Positions 10,662-19,691 of a DNA stretch of 64,000 bases are shown here, piece after piece. The notes beneath the pieces were generated by a model. That model was not told where the DNA came from and did not search any database. It worked only from the letters and a program-made list of their open reading frames with translations. Both the position numbers and the translations under genes were made by a program. The stretch comes from an uncultured Nitrospiraceae bacterium. GTDB lineage: Bacteria; Nitrospirota; Thermodesulfovibrionia; Thermodesulfovibrionales; Dissulfurispiraceae. Every line of letters starts with the position of its first letter. The first letter of the stretch is position 1. Location: contig CAMTVO010000010.1 of assembly GCA_947085205.1 (NCBI GenBank), positions 1 through 64,000 of the forward strand, read 5' to 3'.

Positions 10662-11147
10662 ATGACTGAAGAAAAGCTCGAAGAATCATTAAAAGGCTAT
10701 AAAGGAAAGATAAACCCCGTTGTTAAAGCCACACTATCCTGGGATAGAGACCTGATATTTGTCGGAAGGACAAACGAAGGGTATGAGATAGAATTCGACG
10801 CTCATGTGCAGTGGGGATGCAAGCCCACAGATGCATTATTACTGAGCCTTGCAGGATGTATGGGTATTGATGTGGTAATGTTTCTCCAGAAGATGCGGAC
10901 CGAGATTGCAAACTTCAAAATCGACATTATCGGAGAAAGAAATCCTACGCCTCCCCAGTATTTCAAGGCAGTCGAGATGATATTAAACATCGCAGGCAAA
11001 AACTTAGATCCAAAGAAGGTTGAGCGTGCAATAGCGCTTTCGCATGAAAAGTATTGCTCTGTCTATAATTCTCTGAGGAAGGATATGGATGTAAAGGTAA
11101 GATACATTCTTGAGGAAAAAGAACCGTCAAAAGAGATCAGCGATTGA
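10662..11147 (+). CDS. OsmC/YhfA-family protein
   Basis: P-x3-LLSLAGCMGIDV and ALSHEKYCSVYNSL, the two-Cys OsmC pattern. Confidence 0.88.
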   Translation: MTEEKLEESLKGYKGKINPVVKATLSWDRDLIFVGRTNEGYEIEFDAHVQWGCKPTDALLLSLAGCMGIDVVMFLQKMRTEIANFKIDIIGERNPTPPQYFKAVEMILNIAGKNLDPKKVERAIALSHEKYCSVYNSLRKDMDVKVRYILEEKEPSKEISD

Positions 11148-11818
11148 AATTATTAGGAATCATAGCCTCGACAGAGATAGAAGCCGGTCTGATTATAGGG
11201 CGACTTGAAGATAAAGAGAGTCTCTCCATACAGGGGAAGTCCTTTTATAAAGGCATCTTAGAGAATATACCTGCGATAGTTTGCATATGCGGTATTGACA
11301 AGGCCAACGCCGCACACGGAACAACACTTCTTCTTGAAAGATTCAAACCGGATTTTGTGTATAACATCGGCGTTGCAGGCGCTTATCCGTCATCGGGATT
11401 AAAAATCGGAGATGTAGTCATTGCGGAAAAAGAGATATACGGCGACGAAGGATTGTTGGCAAAAGACGGCTTTCATCCGATGAACAAAATATTGAACAAC
11501 GCTGTTCAGTATGAGTTTATTATGCATATTACCGAAAACCTGAAGGAATTTAAAAACAAAGGCAATTTCGTTACAGTCTCAACATGCACAGGTACATTGG
11601 AAAAGGGGAAAGAGATAGAAAAAAAATTCAATGCAATATGCGAAAATATGGAAGGTGCTGCCATTGCCCATATCTGTCTATTATCAGGTATTCCTGTGGC
11701 AGAGATAAGAGGGATAAGCAATATTATCGAGGATAGGACAGCAGCGCCTCTTAATAAATCTGATATTGTAAAAGCCGCAGAAAATGTGCAAAAATTCTTT
11801 TTAGAAATCGCACCTTAA
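11144..11818 (+). CDS. mqnB: Futalosine hydrolase (PNP/MTAN fold)
   Basis: NIGVAGAY, EIYGDEG, VTVSTCTGT, ENMEGAAIAH, EIRGISN. Confidence 0.85.
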   Translation: MKLLGIIASTEIEAGLIIGRLEDKESLSIQGKSFYKGILENIPAIVCICGIDKANAAHGTTLLLERFKPDFVYNIGVAGAYPSSGLKIGDVVIAEKEIYGDEGLLAKDGFHPMNKILNNAVQYEFIMHITENLKEFKNKGNFVTVSTCTGTLEKGKEIEKKFNAICENMEGAAIAHICLLSGIPVAEIRGISNIIEDRTAAPLNKSDIVKAAENVQKFFLEIAP

Positions 11819-11981
11819 CAGCAGGGTACGACTGACTTTCGCAAAATTATTAGTCCTTTGTGCTTTATGGAAGCTAAGACAGAATACAAATATTTTATTC
11901 AGTGCAAAAGTAGGGGGCAGTCGTTACTTTGCCCCTTAGAGAACCTAGAAATTTTGCTTCAAGTCAGCCTCACCCTGCTGT
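11818..11981. mobile_element. MITE-like element with about 31-bp imperfect terminal inverted repeats and an internal GTAG hairpin
   Basis: Left end ACAGCAGGGTACGACTGACTTTCGCAAAATT; reverse complement of right end ACAGCAGGGTGAGGCTGACTTGAAGCAAAATT. Internal GTAGGGGGCA...TGCCCCT near 11909-11936. Confidence 0.6.
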
Positions 11982-11994
11982 CAGCAAATCATTG

Positions 11995-12633
11995 TCATTT
12001 TTTATATAATCTCATCACATCATCCCTTGTTACGACTGATTCGATAAGCTTGTAATCCACCTTAATATCTTTTAGCGTTTCGGCTATATTTTCGTATCCG
12101 CCTTCCTGCCTGTCAACAAGGGCAATTACCTTTACAATCTCAAGCCCTGCCTCTCTTACCCTCATTATCGCCTCAATCGTTGATTTGCCAGTAGTAATTA
12201 CATCGTCCACAATAACAACCCTGTCACCTGCCTTCACATCGCCCTCTATCCACTGCATCGTACCGTGACTCTTTGCGGTCTTTCTGACCACGAACGCCTC
12301 GATGGGTGTAACGAGAGGTGGCCACAACCCCGATCCTGATCTTAGCCTTGAGACACTAGATTTTTCTTCTAAATAATTTAAATAAGATGTGTACGCCACT
12401 GCATTAGCTATCGGGTCTGCACCGAGGGTAAGGCCGCCGATGCCTTTAACATCAAGGTCTTTTATCATCTCAAAGATAATATTGCCTATAAGGTACATCC
12501 CCTCCGGATGAAGCGTTACGGTCTTGCAGTTGAAATAATAATTGCTCATGCGGCCTGAAACGAGCTTAAATATAGGCTCTTCGCTGTATTTAAATGCCTT
12601 TTCATAGATTAATCGTATTAGCCTGTCCTTCAT
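11995..12633 (-). CDS. pyrE: Orotate phosphoribosyltransferase
   Basis: LVSGRMSNYY, GGLTLGADP, VRKTAKSHG, PRPP motif VVIVDDVITTGKS. Confidence 0.95.
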   Translation of the reverse strand: MKDRLIRLIYEKAFKYSEEPIFKLVSGRMSNYYFNCKTVTLHPEGMYLIGNIIFEMIKDLDVKGIGGLTLGADPIANAVAYTSYLNYLEEKSSVSRLRSGSGLWPPLVTPIEAFVVRKTAKSHGTMQWIEGDVKAGDRVVIVDDVITTGKSTIEAIMRVREAGLEIVKVIALVDRQEGGYENIAETLKDIKVDYKLIESVVTRDDVMRLYKK

Positions 12634-12754
12634 AAAACCTCCTGTCGAATTCAGGCAATATTATAACATCTCCGCTCATACGTTGACTTAAAGAAAGCAA
12701 AACAATTATTTTAAACTCTGATACAAATGCCTTTTAAAAGGCGCTAAAAGGGGT

Positions 12755-13657
12755 ATGAATATGGCACAGATGATGGAAGGGAAAAGGCTTGCAGAGGAAA
12801 TAAAAAACAATGTAAGGCAGCAGGTGGAGGCATTAAACAGCATGGGTATAGACGTGGGTCTTGCGCTTATGCTCGTTGGAGAAAACCTTTCATCAAAGCA
12901 ATATCTCTCGGCAACACTAAAGGCATGCAAAAAGACAGGAATAACCCCTTACGAATACAGGTTTCCGGAATCGGCGACTATGAACGAACTCCTGAATGCC
13001 GTCCATTCAATAAATAACGACGAGCGTATTCACGGACTGCTTGTATTTTTCCCGCTTCCGAGGAGAATCGACAGCAGAAAGATTGTTAACTCAATACTTC
13101 CGGAAAAGGATGTTGACGGCCTCGGCTCAATACCCATAGGAAAATTTGCCGCCGAAGAGTCCACGCTTCAGCTTTACTCAAAACAATATGACCCTGCAAT
13201 AACACACCATCTGGGCTTCCTTCCATGCACACCATTCGGCGTAATAAGGCTGCTTGAGCATTACAATGTGGAAATAAAAAGCAAGCACGCCGTTGTAATA
13301 GGCAAAAGCCTTGCAGTAGGAAAACCATTGTCACTTATGCTTTTGACAAAGGAAGCTACAGTTACAATCTGTCATAAAGAGACCAAAAACCTCGCAGAAA
13401 TGACGAGGCAGGCGGACATTCTATGCGTTGCTGTAGGAAAACCAAATCTCATTACCGCAGATATGGTGAAAGAAGGAGTTGTAGTTGTTGACATCGGAAT
13501 AAATGTCCTCGAAAACGGCCGTGTGGTCGGAGATATAGACTTTGATTCTGTCTCTCAAAAGGCATCTCTCATTACTCCGGTTCCTGGAAGCGTAGGCCCT
13601 GTAACCATAGCGATGCTTCTTGAGAATACTGTCAAATCAGCAAAGGCAAAGATTTAG
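12755..13657 (+). CDS. folD: FolD-family methylenetetrahydrofolate dehydrogenase (cyclohydrolase residues altered)
   Basis: KDVDG, PCTP, VIGKSLAVGKP, DIGIN, TPVPGSVGPVT. Confidence 0.9.
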   Translation: MNMAQMMEGKRLAEEIKNNVRQQVEALNSMGIDVGLALMLVGENLSSKQYLSATLKACKKTGITPYEYRFPESATMNELLNAVHSINNDERIHGLLVFFPLPRRIDSRKIVNSILPEKDVDGLGSIPIGKFAAEESTLQLYSKQYDPAITHHLGFLPCTPFGVIRLLEHYNVEIKSKHAVVIGKSLAVGKPLSLMLLTKEATVTICHKETKNLAEMTRQADILCVAVGKPNLITADMVKEGVVVVDIGINVLENGRVVGDIDFDSVSQKASLITPVPGSVGPVTIAMLLENTVKSAKAKI

Positions 13658-13670
13658 GCTGCATAATTTT

Positions 13671-13883
13671 TCATACAGCGATGAGTTCTTCACGGAAATC
13701 ATTTCCAGCGGCTGAAAGAGCTTCCTGTCTGTTAAACTCAAGAGCCTCTCGTAATGTTTCTTTAAGGCTCACTATGAGTTCATCATAGGTCTCTTCTTGG
13801 CAGTTAACCCATGGGACCTCTTCAATCCAACTAACCCACCAACCCTCAACTTTTTTTATAACAGCAGTGTATTCAGACCTCAT
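13671..13883 (-). CDS. HicB-family antitoxin (orphan)
   Basis: YTAVIKK-x-EGWW...EEVP-x-VNCQEET...LREAL pattern of short HicB proteins. SD GAGGAGG upstream. Confidence 0.8.
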   Translation of the reverse strand: MRSEYTAVIKKVEGWWVSWIEEVPWVNCQEETYDELIVSLKETLREALEFNRQEALSAAGNDFREELIAV

Positions 13884-14092
13884 AAGAATGACCTCCTCAC
13901 AGTTTACGGCATAAATTCGTTGATACTATTGCTGTCCAAAATAATTGTTTTAAAGGCATATAGCTCAATTTCCTTGCAAAAGAACTACCTTTATGCAAAC
14001 GCATATCATTATTTGACCATAATATTTTTAGCAAAATATTTTACTCGGCTTCCGCTTCGACTTCAGCCGAGTTGAGGTAACCCGTGCTTTTG

Positions 14093-14146
14093 CGACCGAA
14101 ATCAGCGGCGGCGTTTTACGCCGTCCGCTGGAGTGGCTTGTTAGGC
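14093..14146 (+). other. Degenerate integron attC-like site
   Basis: CGACCGAAATCAGCGGCGGCGTTTTACGCCGTCCGCTGGAGTGGCTTGTTAGGC: imperfect hairpin with extrahelical bases ending in GTTRRRY. The left RYYYAAC box is not intact. Confidence 0.5.
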
Positions 14147-14171
14147 GAAAAGCTTCTTGTTGTAGGAATGA

Positions 14172-14474
14172 TTAGTAACGTCGACCACCACCTGGTCTAC
14201 CGCCCGGTCTTCCTCTGCCTCCCCCTCTTTCTTCCCGGGGACGAGCCTCATTCACATTGACTGCTCTGCCCTTTAACTCTTTCCCATTCATACCGTTAAT
14301 CGCCGACTGGGCTTCCGACGCAGAGGGCATCTCCACAAACCCAAATCCTCTCGACTCCCTCGTAAACTTGTCTCTTACCACGGTGGCAGATTCAACTCTT
14401 CCGAAAGACTCAAAAGCCCTAAGTAAATCCTCATCATTGACATCGCGAGATAAATTGCCGACAAAAATTTTCAT
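14172..14474 (-). CDS. RRM RNA-binding protein with Gly/Arg tail
   Basis: RNP2 IFVGNLS and RNP1 RGFGFVEM. Confidence 0.95.
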   Translation of the reverse strand: MKIFVGNLSRDVNDEDLLRAFESFGRVESATVVRDKFTRESRGFGFVEMPSASEAQSAINGMNGKELKGRAVNVNEARPREERGGGRGRPGGRPGGGRRY

Positions 14475-14590
14475 CCTGTTCTCCTCCTATCATTAGTCAC
14501 TAATAGTCTAGCATTCATTATATTACTTTGTAAGCATATAGTAAAGCCTTTTCTAATCACCCAAATCCCGATTTAGAAATTTTAAAATAG

Positions 14591-14824
14591 TCCCCTCTCC
14601 CTTGACGGGTTAGGGTGAGGGTGAATAGTTCACCTTTAAGGTTACCCCTCCCCTTGCAGGCTGTCCGACTATTATGACAGTGCTGAATGTTAGAATGTAG
14701 GGGCAGAGTAGGGGCAGACCTGCGTGTCTGCCCAAAAGACTATTATCAGCAACATAAAGCAAAATCACATTATTATCGTTAGATTTTCGGGTAATTGTCG
14801 GACAGCCTGTTGACGGGAGGGGGA
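14591..14824. repeat. Cluster of CCCCTCCCCTTGACGGGAGGGG-type hairpin repeats, one split by a MITE
   Basis: TCCCCTCTCCCTTGACGGGTTAGGGTGAGGG, plus CCCCTCCCCTTG...ACGGGAGGGG flanking the 14657..14809 insert. Related copies at 33140-33296. Confidence 0.75.
14657..14809. mobile_element. 153-bp MITE with 18-bp TIRs and a 3-bp target duplication (TTG)
   Basis: CAGGCTGTCCGACTATTA ... TAATTGTCGGACAGCCTG (1 mismatch). TTG on both sides (14654-56, 14810-12). Internal REP GTAGGGGCAGACCTGCGTGTCTGCCC. Confidence 0.8.
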
Positions 14825-14885
14825 TTATAAGGAATGACAGTCTTCTATGTCTATTTTTCGGTAGTTATGGCATAATTTTAACAAT

Positions 14886-15632
14886 ATGAGAATATTCATT
14901 CCTCCTGAAGACATAGAAAAAAAGGAAGGCATTAAGCTGAATGAGGATAAGTCCCATTACCTCATTTCTGTTCTCAGACTAAAAAAAGGCGATACAATTG
15001 AGATTATTGACGGAAAGGGAAAGGCTTACGAGGCGAAGATTTCCGAGATTTCAAAAGGGAATGTTTTTGTGAATATAACAGGCGAAATTCCATCAGATAC
15101 AGAATCCTTCTTAAATCTTATTCTCTGTCAGGGAATACTAAAAGGCGAGAAGATGGACTTGATAATTCAGAAAACAACGGAACTTGGTGTGAAAAAGATA
15201 ATTCCTATAATTACAGAAAGATGTCTTGTAAAAGAAACAAGGAAAATCAAGAGATGGCGGAAGATAGCTGAGGAAGCGGCAGAACAGTGCGGAAGGACAG
15301 TGATACCAACTGTTCACGAGCCGGTACAATTCGGTTCACTGTTCACGGTTCACTGTTCACAGCAGATGGATGGTTTTATTTTCTGGGAAGAGGGAGGGTT
15401 GCCTTTAAAAGATGCAATTCAAAGGCTTCTGTCTTACACAACACTCCATCACCCCAACACTCCAATACTCCTTTTCATTGGTCCTGAAGGAGGTCTCACT
15501 TTTGAAGAGGTTCAACTTGCAGAGAAACACGGACTTATCAGGACGAGTCTCGGCAAGCGGATTCTACGTGCAGAGACAGCGGCAATTGCATCAGTGACAC
15601 TTGTTCAGTTTTTACTTGAAGAAAAGCACTAA
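14886..15632 (+). CDS. rsmE: 16S rRNA m3U1498 methyltransferase
   Basis: HYLISVLRL, QKTTELGV, EAAEQCGR, FIGPEGG, LGKRILRAETA. Confidence 0.96.
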   Translation: MRIFIPPEDIEKKEGIKLNEDKSHYLISVLRLKKGDTIEIIDGKGKAYEAKISEISKGNVFVNITGEIPSDTESFLNLILCQGILKGEKMDLIIQKTTELGVKKIIPIITERCLVKETRKIKRWRKIAEEAAEQCGRTVIPTVHEPVQFGSLFTVHCSQQMDGFIFWEEGGLPLKDAIQRLLSYTTLHHPNTPILLFIGPEGGLTFEEVQLAEKHGLIRTSLGKRILRAETAAIASVTLVQFLLEEKH

Positions 15633-15640
15633 TCTTAGCA

Positions 15641-15820
15641 TATTGAGCAGAACTATCTTTTGCTCACGCCGCTATTTTTCTATAGTTCTAAACTTATTCC
15701 GCTACAGCCACAAAACTCGCCCCTTCTGGACTCAAACAGGTTGCGGCTGTTTAACGCTCCACTTCGTTAAGAACTATCAACGAAAAATACCAATTTCGCT
15801 CAATCCAGCCCTGCCCAATA
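15641..15820. repeat. About 180-nt irregular long hairpin (structured intergenic element)
   Basis: Nested complementary blocks TATTGAGCAG/CTGCCCAATA, ATAGTTCT/AGAACTAT, CAGCCAC/GCGGCTG around AAACTCGCC...CTCAAACAG. Confidence 0.5.
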
Positions 15821-15888
15821 CGAATTTTTTGTTACTGTTTCTCTAAATTCTGCTATAATATCCAAAAACAGAAAGGAGCGGTACTCAA

Positions 15889-16257
15889 ATAGAAAGCAAG
15901 GCTAAGGCATTAGAGGCTGCAAGGGCAGCCCTTGATAAAAAGGCAACGGACACGGTAGTCCTCGAATTAAAAGATATTACAATAATTGCAGATTATTTTG
16001 TAATCTGCTCGGGCGAAAGCATCACACAGGTTAAGGCAATAGCAGAAAACATCGAAAAGGTATTAAAAGAGTACGGGAAAAAGCCGCTGAGCATCGAAGG
16101 TTTGAGTTCTGCCCGATGGATTTTGATGGACTACGGAGATATAATAGTCCATATCTTTGAAGAAGAGACGAGGGCATATTATGAGCTTGAGAAGTTCTGG
16201 CTTGATGCGCCGAGAGTGCCTTACGAAAAGGAAGGGGTTCTCGTAGGGGAAAAGTAG
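15889..16257 (+). CDS. rsfS: Ribosome silencing factor RsfS (Iojap), apparent ATA start
   Basis: My translation: DKKA...IADYFVICSGES..QVKAIA...EG...WILMDYGDIIVHIF...RAYYELEKFW. SD AAGGAG upstream. Missed by the ORF track. Confidence 0.9.
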   Translation: MESKAKALEAARAALDKKATDTVVLELKDITIIADYFVICSGESITQVKAIAENIEKVLKEYGKKPLSIEGLSSARWILMDYGDIIVHIFEEETRAYYELEKFWLDAPRVPYEKEGVLVGEK

Positions 16258-16268
16258 TTTCCCCTACG
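16242..16268. repeat. 27-nt palindromic element overlapping the rsfS stop
   Basis: CGTAGGGGAAAAGTAGTTTCCCCTACG. A sibling CGTGGGGAAGACAAAGTCTTCCCCACG lies in frame in cobU (23734..23760). Confidence 0.65.
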
Positions 16269-16388
16269 CACTATGAAGATAAGGATACTATCTAAAATGA
16301 CCCTGACATATGAAATGGCAAGGCTCGTATTTTTAGAGCAGTTGTACAGGTCAATGACCATAATAAAAGGCATGGAGTACCACCACTG

Positions 16389-17702
16389 ATGGGCAAAATA
16401 GCGATACTGGTATTTTTGGTCTTTCTTGCAGTTCTCGGATTTTTCGCGGTAGAGAATAAGGACATTGTGAGCGTAAAGGTTCCATTTGGGAGCAGTTATG
16501 AGATTCCGAAGATTGCCCTTATACTTCTGTCATCGACGGTTGGCGCACTTGCAATCCTGATTGTTTTTTTCATAAGGGACACAAAGAGGGTCATAGACAA
16601 TCTGCAGTATCAAAAAAGGCAGAAGAAAGAAGCCAAAATTCAGGAATTCTATTCAAGGGCGCTGAATGCCATATTGGGTAATAAAGAGGAAGAGGCGGAA
16701 GAGGCATTGAGCGAGATACTGAAGGAAGACCCGGAACATATCGATGCCCTTTTGAGATTAGGCGACATATCCCTTAGCAATGGAGATTATAAGACAGCAT
16801 TTGAACATTATAAAAAGACTCTGGACATAAGTCCTAAAAACATGCAGGCACTCCTCTCTGTGGAAACTGTGATCGAAAAGATGCAGAGGTACGACGATGC
16901 AGTTAGATACTTGGATGAGATACTCGATATAGATTCAGAAAACCTCACAGCCCTTTACAGAAAGCGCTCAATTCTCGAAAGGAAAGATATGTGGGATGAT
17001 CTGCTTTCTCTTCAGAAAGTAATACTCAAACTTGAGCATAATGAGAACGACAAGCAGAGGGAAGAGAGAAGGTTTTTAGGCTATAAGTATGAATACGCAC
17101 GCGCGAGCCTTGAAAACGGAGAACTGGAGAAGGCTGAAAAGGCATTCAGGACAATGCTCAAGATGGCTGACAACTTTATCCCTGCATATTTAGGTCTGGC
17201 AGAGGTTATGCTGACCAAGGGAGAAACTGAGGAGGCAATAAACTTTCTTGAAAAGGCATACGACCAGCTTAAGTCAATAATAATCCTTGCAAGGCTTGAA
17301 GACCTGCTAATCAATGTCGGCGAGCCGGGAAGGCTGATAAGATTTTACAGGAATGCCATAGCTAAAAATCCTCAGGACAACGGTATCAGATTCCTCCTCG
17401 GAAAGCTTTACTACAGGCTTGAAATGGTTGATGACGCAATGGAGATACTGAACTCGATAGATATGAATGTCTTTTCGGTTCCAGAGCTTTACAGTCTTAA
17501 GGGAGAGTTGTATATAAAGAGAAACCAGATTCCGAGGGCTCTGGATGAGCTTAAAAAGGCATGCGGCATAAAACGTCCTTTCAGGATTCAATACTGCTGC
17601 TCCAATTGTAATTTCAAATCCGAAGACTGGTCGGGGAGATGTCCTCACTGTACTGAATGGAATACCTACAGGCTTGATGTATATGGCACCTGCAAGGCGT
17701 AA
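16389..17702 (+). CDS. LapA/LapB(YciM)-like TPR membrane protein with C-terminal rubredoxin-like domain
   Basis: Two N-terminal TM segments, many TPRs, C-terminal CSNC...W..RCPHCTEWNT. Confidence 0.8.
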   Translation: MGKIAILVFLVFLAVLGFFAVENKDIVSVKVPFGSSYEIPKIALILLSSTVGALAILIVFFIRDTKRVIDNLQYQKRQKKEAKIQEFYSRALNAILGNKEEEAEEALSEILKEDPEHIDALLRLGDISLSNGDYKTAFEHYKKTLDISPKNMQALLSVETVIEKMQRYDDAVRYLDEILDIDSENLTALYRKRSILERKDMWDDLLSLQKVILKLEHNENDKQREERRFLGYKYEYARASLENGELEKAEKAFRTMLKMADNFIPAYLGLAEVMLTKGETEEAINFLEKAYDQLKSIIILARLEDLLINVGEPGRLIRFYRNAIAKNPQDNGIRFLLGKLYYRLEMVDDAMEILNSIDMNVFSVPELYSLKGELYIKRNQIPRALDELKKACGIKRPFRIQYCCSNCNFKSEDWSGRCPHCTEWNTYRLDVYGTCKA

Positions 17703-17724
17703 AGGCAGTGATGAGTTATCAGTA

Positions 17725-18417
17725 ATGAGTAATGAGTTGCAAGATAAAAAAGTTTCAAAACAAAAAAAGAAAACTTCAAAAGAAACCCCATTACCCATTA
17801 CTCATCACGCATCACCGCCGTTAAACGTTGTCCTTGATACAAGTCTCTTTGTTAATCCTGATGTAAGACATTCTTTAGGGAATACCCCTACAGAGGCACT
17901 GGAGACATTCCTTTTCCTTGCAGCGCAGATACATGTTCTTGAATTCTACATGCCCCCTTCCATCTTTGAGGAACTCCTGCACTTTGTGGAGAGGGACAAG
18001 ATACCCGGAGACCTGTTACTGATTCTTCATCAAAAACCCCCAAAAAAACATGAACTGAAGACCCCTGCCTTTCTTCTGTATGAATTGATTGAAGACATAC
18101 GGGAAAGGGTGAATAAGGGATTAAGGGTTGCAGAGAAGGCTGTAAGGAGTGCCGAACACAAAAAGATGGATGAAATCATTCAGGACATGAGGAGAAAGTA
18201 CAGAGAGGCATTGAGGGAGGGCATAATCGACAGTAAGGAGGATGTGGACCTCCTTTTGCTTGCCATGGAACTGGATGCCCTGCTGATTACAGCAGATCAG
18301 GGTTTGATAAAATGGGCTGAAAAGCTTGGTATAAGATGGCTTTTCCCAGAGAAATTCAAGGAATATCTGATGGGTGCTATAAAAAGGACAGCGCTTCTTT
18401 CAGGGGTGAATACTTAG
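17725..18417 (+). CDS. HARP, protein-only RNase P (PIN_5; RNA ligase partner family)
   Basis: VLDTSLFVNP, FYMPPSIFEEL, RERVNKGLRVAEKA, RRKYREALREGIIDSKEDVDLLLLA, ADQGL..WAEKLGI. Start uncertain. Confidence 0.88.
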   Translation: MSNELQDKKVSKQKKKTSKETPLPITHHASPPLNVVLDTSLFVNPDVRHSLGNTPTEALETFLFLAAQIHVLEFYMPPSIFEELLHFVERDKIPGDLLLILHQKPPKKHELKTPAFLLYELIEDIRERVNKGLRVAEKAVRSAEHKKMDEIIQDMRRKYREALREGIIDSKEDVDLLLLAMELDALLITADQGLIKWAEKLGIRWLFPEKFKEYLMGAIKRTALLSGVNT

Positions 18418-19529
18418 TCGAAGAATCCTCGCCCCATAAGTTTTTGCCTTAGCTCTCTTGTTCCCTTTATATAAATCCTGTGAAATCTTGCCTTATAGTA
18501 ATCCCCGGACTTTTCGACAGATACAAGCTGGCTGCGGACTCCTGAGCGATTCAGGTGCTGGATTAATTCGTCTATAGTGTTTTTATTCCTCACTGTGATA
18601 TTAAATATCTCTTTCACGCTTCCACCGCCTTCTATCTCTTTTATGGTCTCTTCAGGAATCAGATACAATGCCTTTGCAGAATCCATTAAATATTCGCTGC
18701 TGAACGGTATCCTGAACTCATTGCAGAAAAATACAGCCCTTAGTATCCTCTGCATGAAGAAGCCTGCCGGAAGCTCTGTTATGAGATGGGCTGTTGCCTG
18801 CAGGTCTCTCAGGCATGACGAGAGGGTCACATATTTTACGGACTTGCCGTTTGAAACAGGCTTGATTACTATACCTTCCCTGCCATTGCTGTCGAGCTCA
18901 AGGACTATCTCTTTTATCTTATTTGTATCAGATGCGCTAAAATGCCCCCATCTCCTTATCTGTTTAATGTTAAATCTTTCAAAGATTTGGTATCGCTCTT
19001 CTATGGAGAGCCTTTTCCCATTTTCATCCATGATGTCAAAGGCAAAGAAGACTACATCTTCGTCAGCATATGGAACAACCTCTGTGTTGTAAGGACTTCC
19101 CGGACCCACAACCTCGCCGCAGATTATGTATTCTGGATATTTTTTAAAGAAATTAAGGTCAATAAGGTCAGAAATTCTGTCTGTCGTAAAGGGGCATATA
19201 AATCCTCCCCGTGTGAATGCAAGTGGAGTGCCGTTTATGACTGCTACCCTCACATTGTAGCCGTCCACCTTTTCCTCGACATAAAATCTGTCTTTGAAGT
19301 ATCGGGATATGCCATTTTGGAGATGAAGAATCCTCATTATCCCCGGATAGCCATTTATAAAACCGCTCTCATAAAAAACAGCGCCCCTTGGAATGTCCTT
19401 ATATTCCTGAGAAAGCCTTACAAATGCGAGTTCATCCCGTTGATATACATGAAGAGAATCTCTCTCTTGAAGTATTGCTATGTCTTTATCCGGAAGGTAT
19501 TTTGTTAAGAAGGGAGGTGGGGTATTCAT
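18414..19529 (-). CDS. ATP-dependent RNA ligase, Rnl3/Pab1020 family
   Basis: Motif I EEKVDGYNVR, TRGGFICPFTT, GEVVG, FFAFDI, REGIVIK, KYVT. Confidence 0.88.
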   Translation of the reverse strand: MNTPPPFLTKYLPDKDIAILQERDSLHVYQRDELAFVRLSQEYKDIPRGAVFYESGFINGYPGIMRILHLQNGISRYFKDRFYVEEKVDGYNVRVAVINGTPLAFTRGGFICPFTTDRISDLIDLNFFKKYPEYIICGEVVGPGSPYNTEVVPYADEDVVFFAFDIMDENGKRLSIEERYQIFERFNIKQIRRWGHFSASDTNKIKEIVLELDSNGREGIVIKPVSNGKSVKYVTLSSCLRDLQATAHLITELPAGFFMQRILRAVFFCNEFRIPFSSEYLMDSAKALYLIPEETIKEIEGGGSVKEIFNITVRNKNTIDELIQHLNRSGVRSQLVSVEKSGDYYKARFHRIYIKGTRELRQKLMGRGFFD

Positions 19530-19678
19530 TGATTGCTTTTTTCTTTCAGTTCTTCTTTTTTTAATGCCTTTTCAATGAGCCTTCTCTTTTTAGAAGAGAC
19601 TATCTTCCCTTTCAAGGAAGATACGGGTATCTGTTCTCTGGATGCTTTTTTGATAAGCTTTATTGTCTCTTTTTTCAT
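19526..19678 (-). CDS. Small basic hypothetical protein (50 aa)
   Basis: MKKETIKLIKKASREQ...KEKSNQ*. Starts just after tRNA-Leu; its stop overlaps the ligase ATG (ATGA). Confidence 0.55.
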   Translation of the reverse strand: MKKETIKLIKKASREQIPVSSLKGKIVSSKKRRLIEKALKKEELKEKSNQ

Positions 19679-19691
19679 TGAAAATAAAAAA

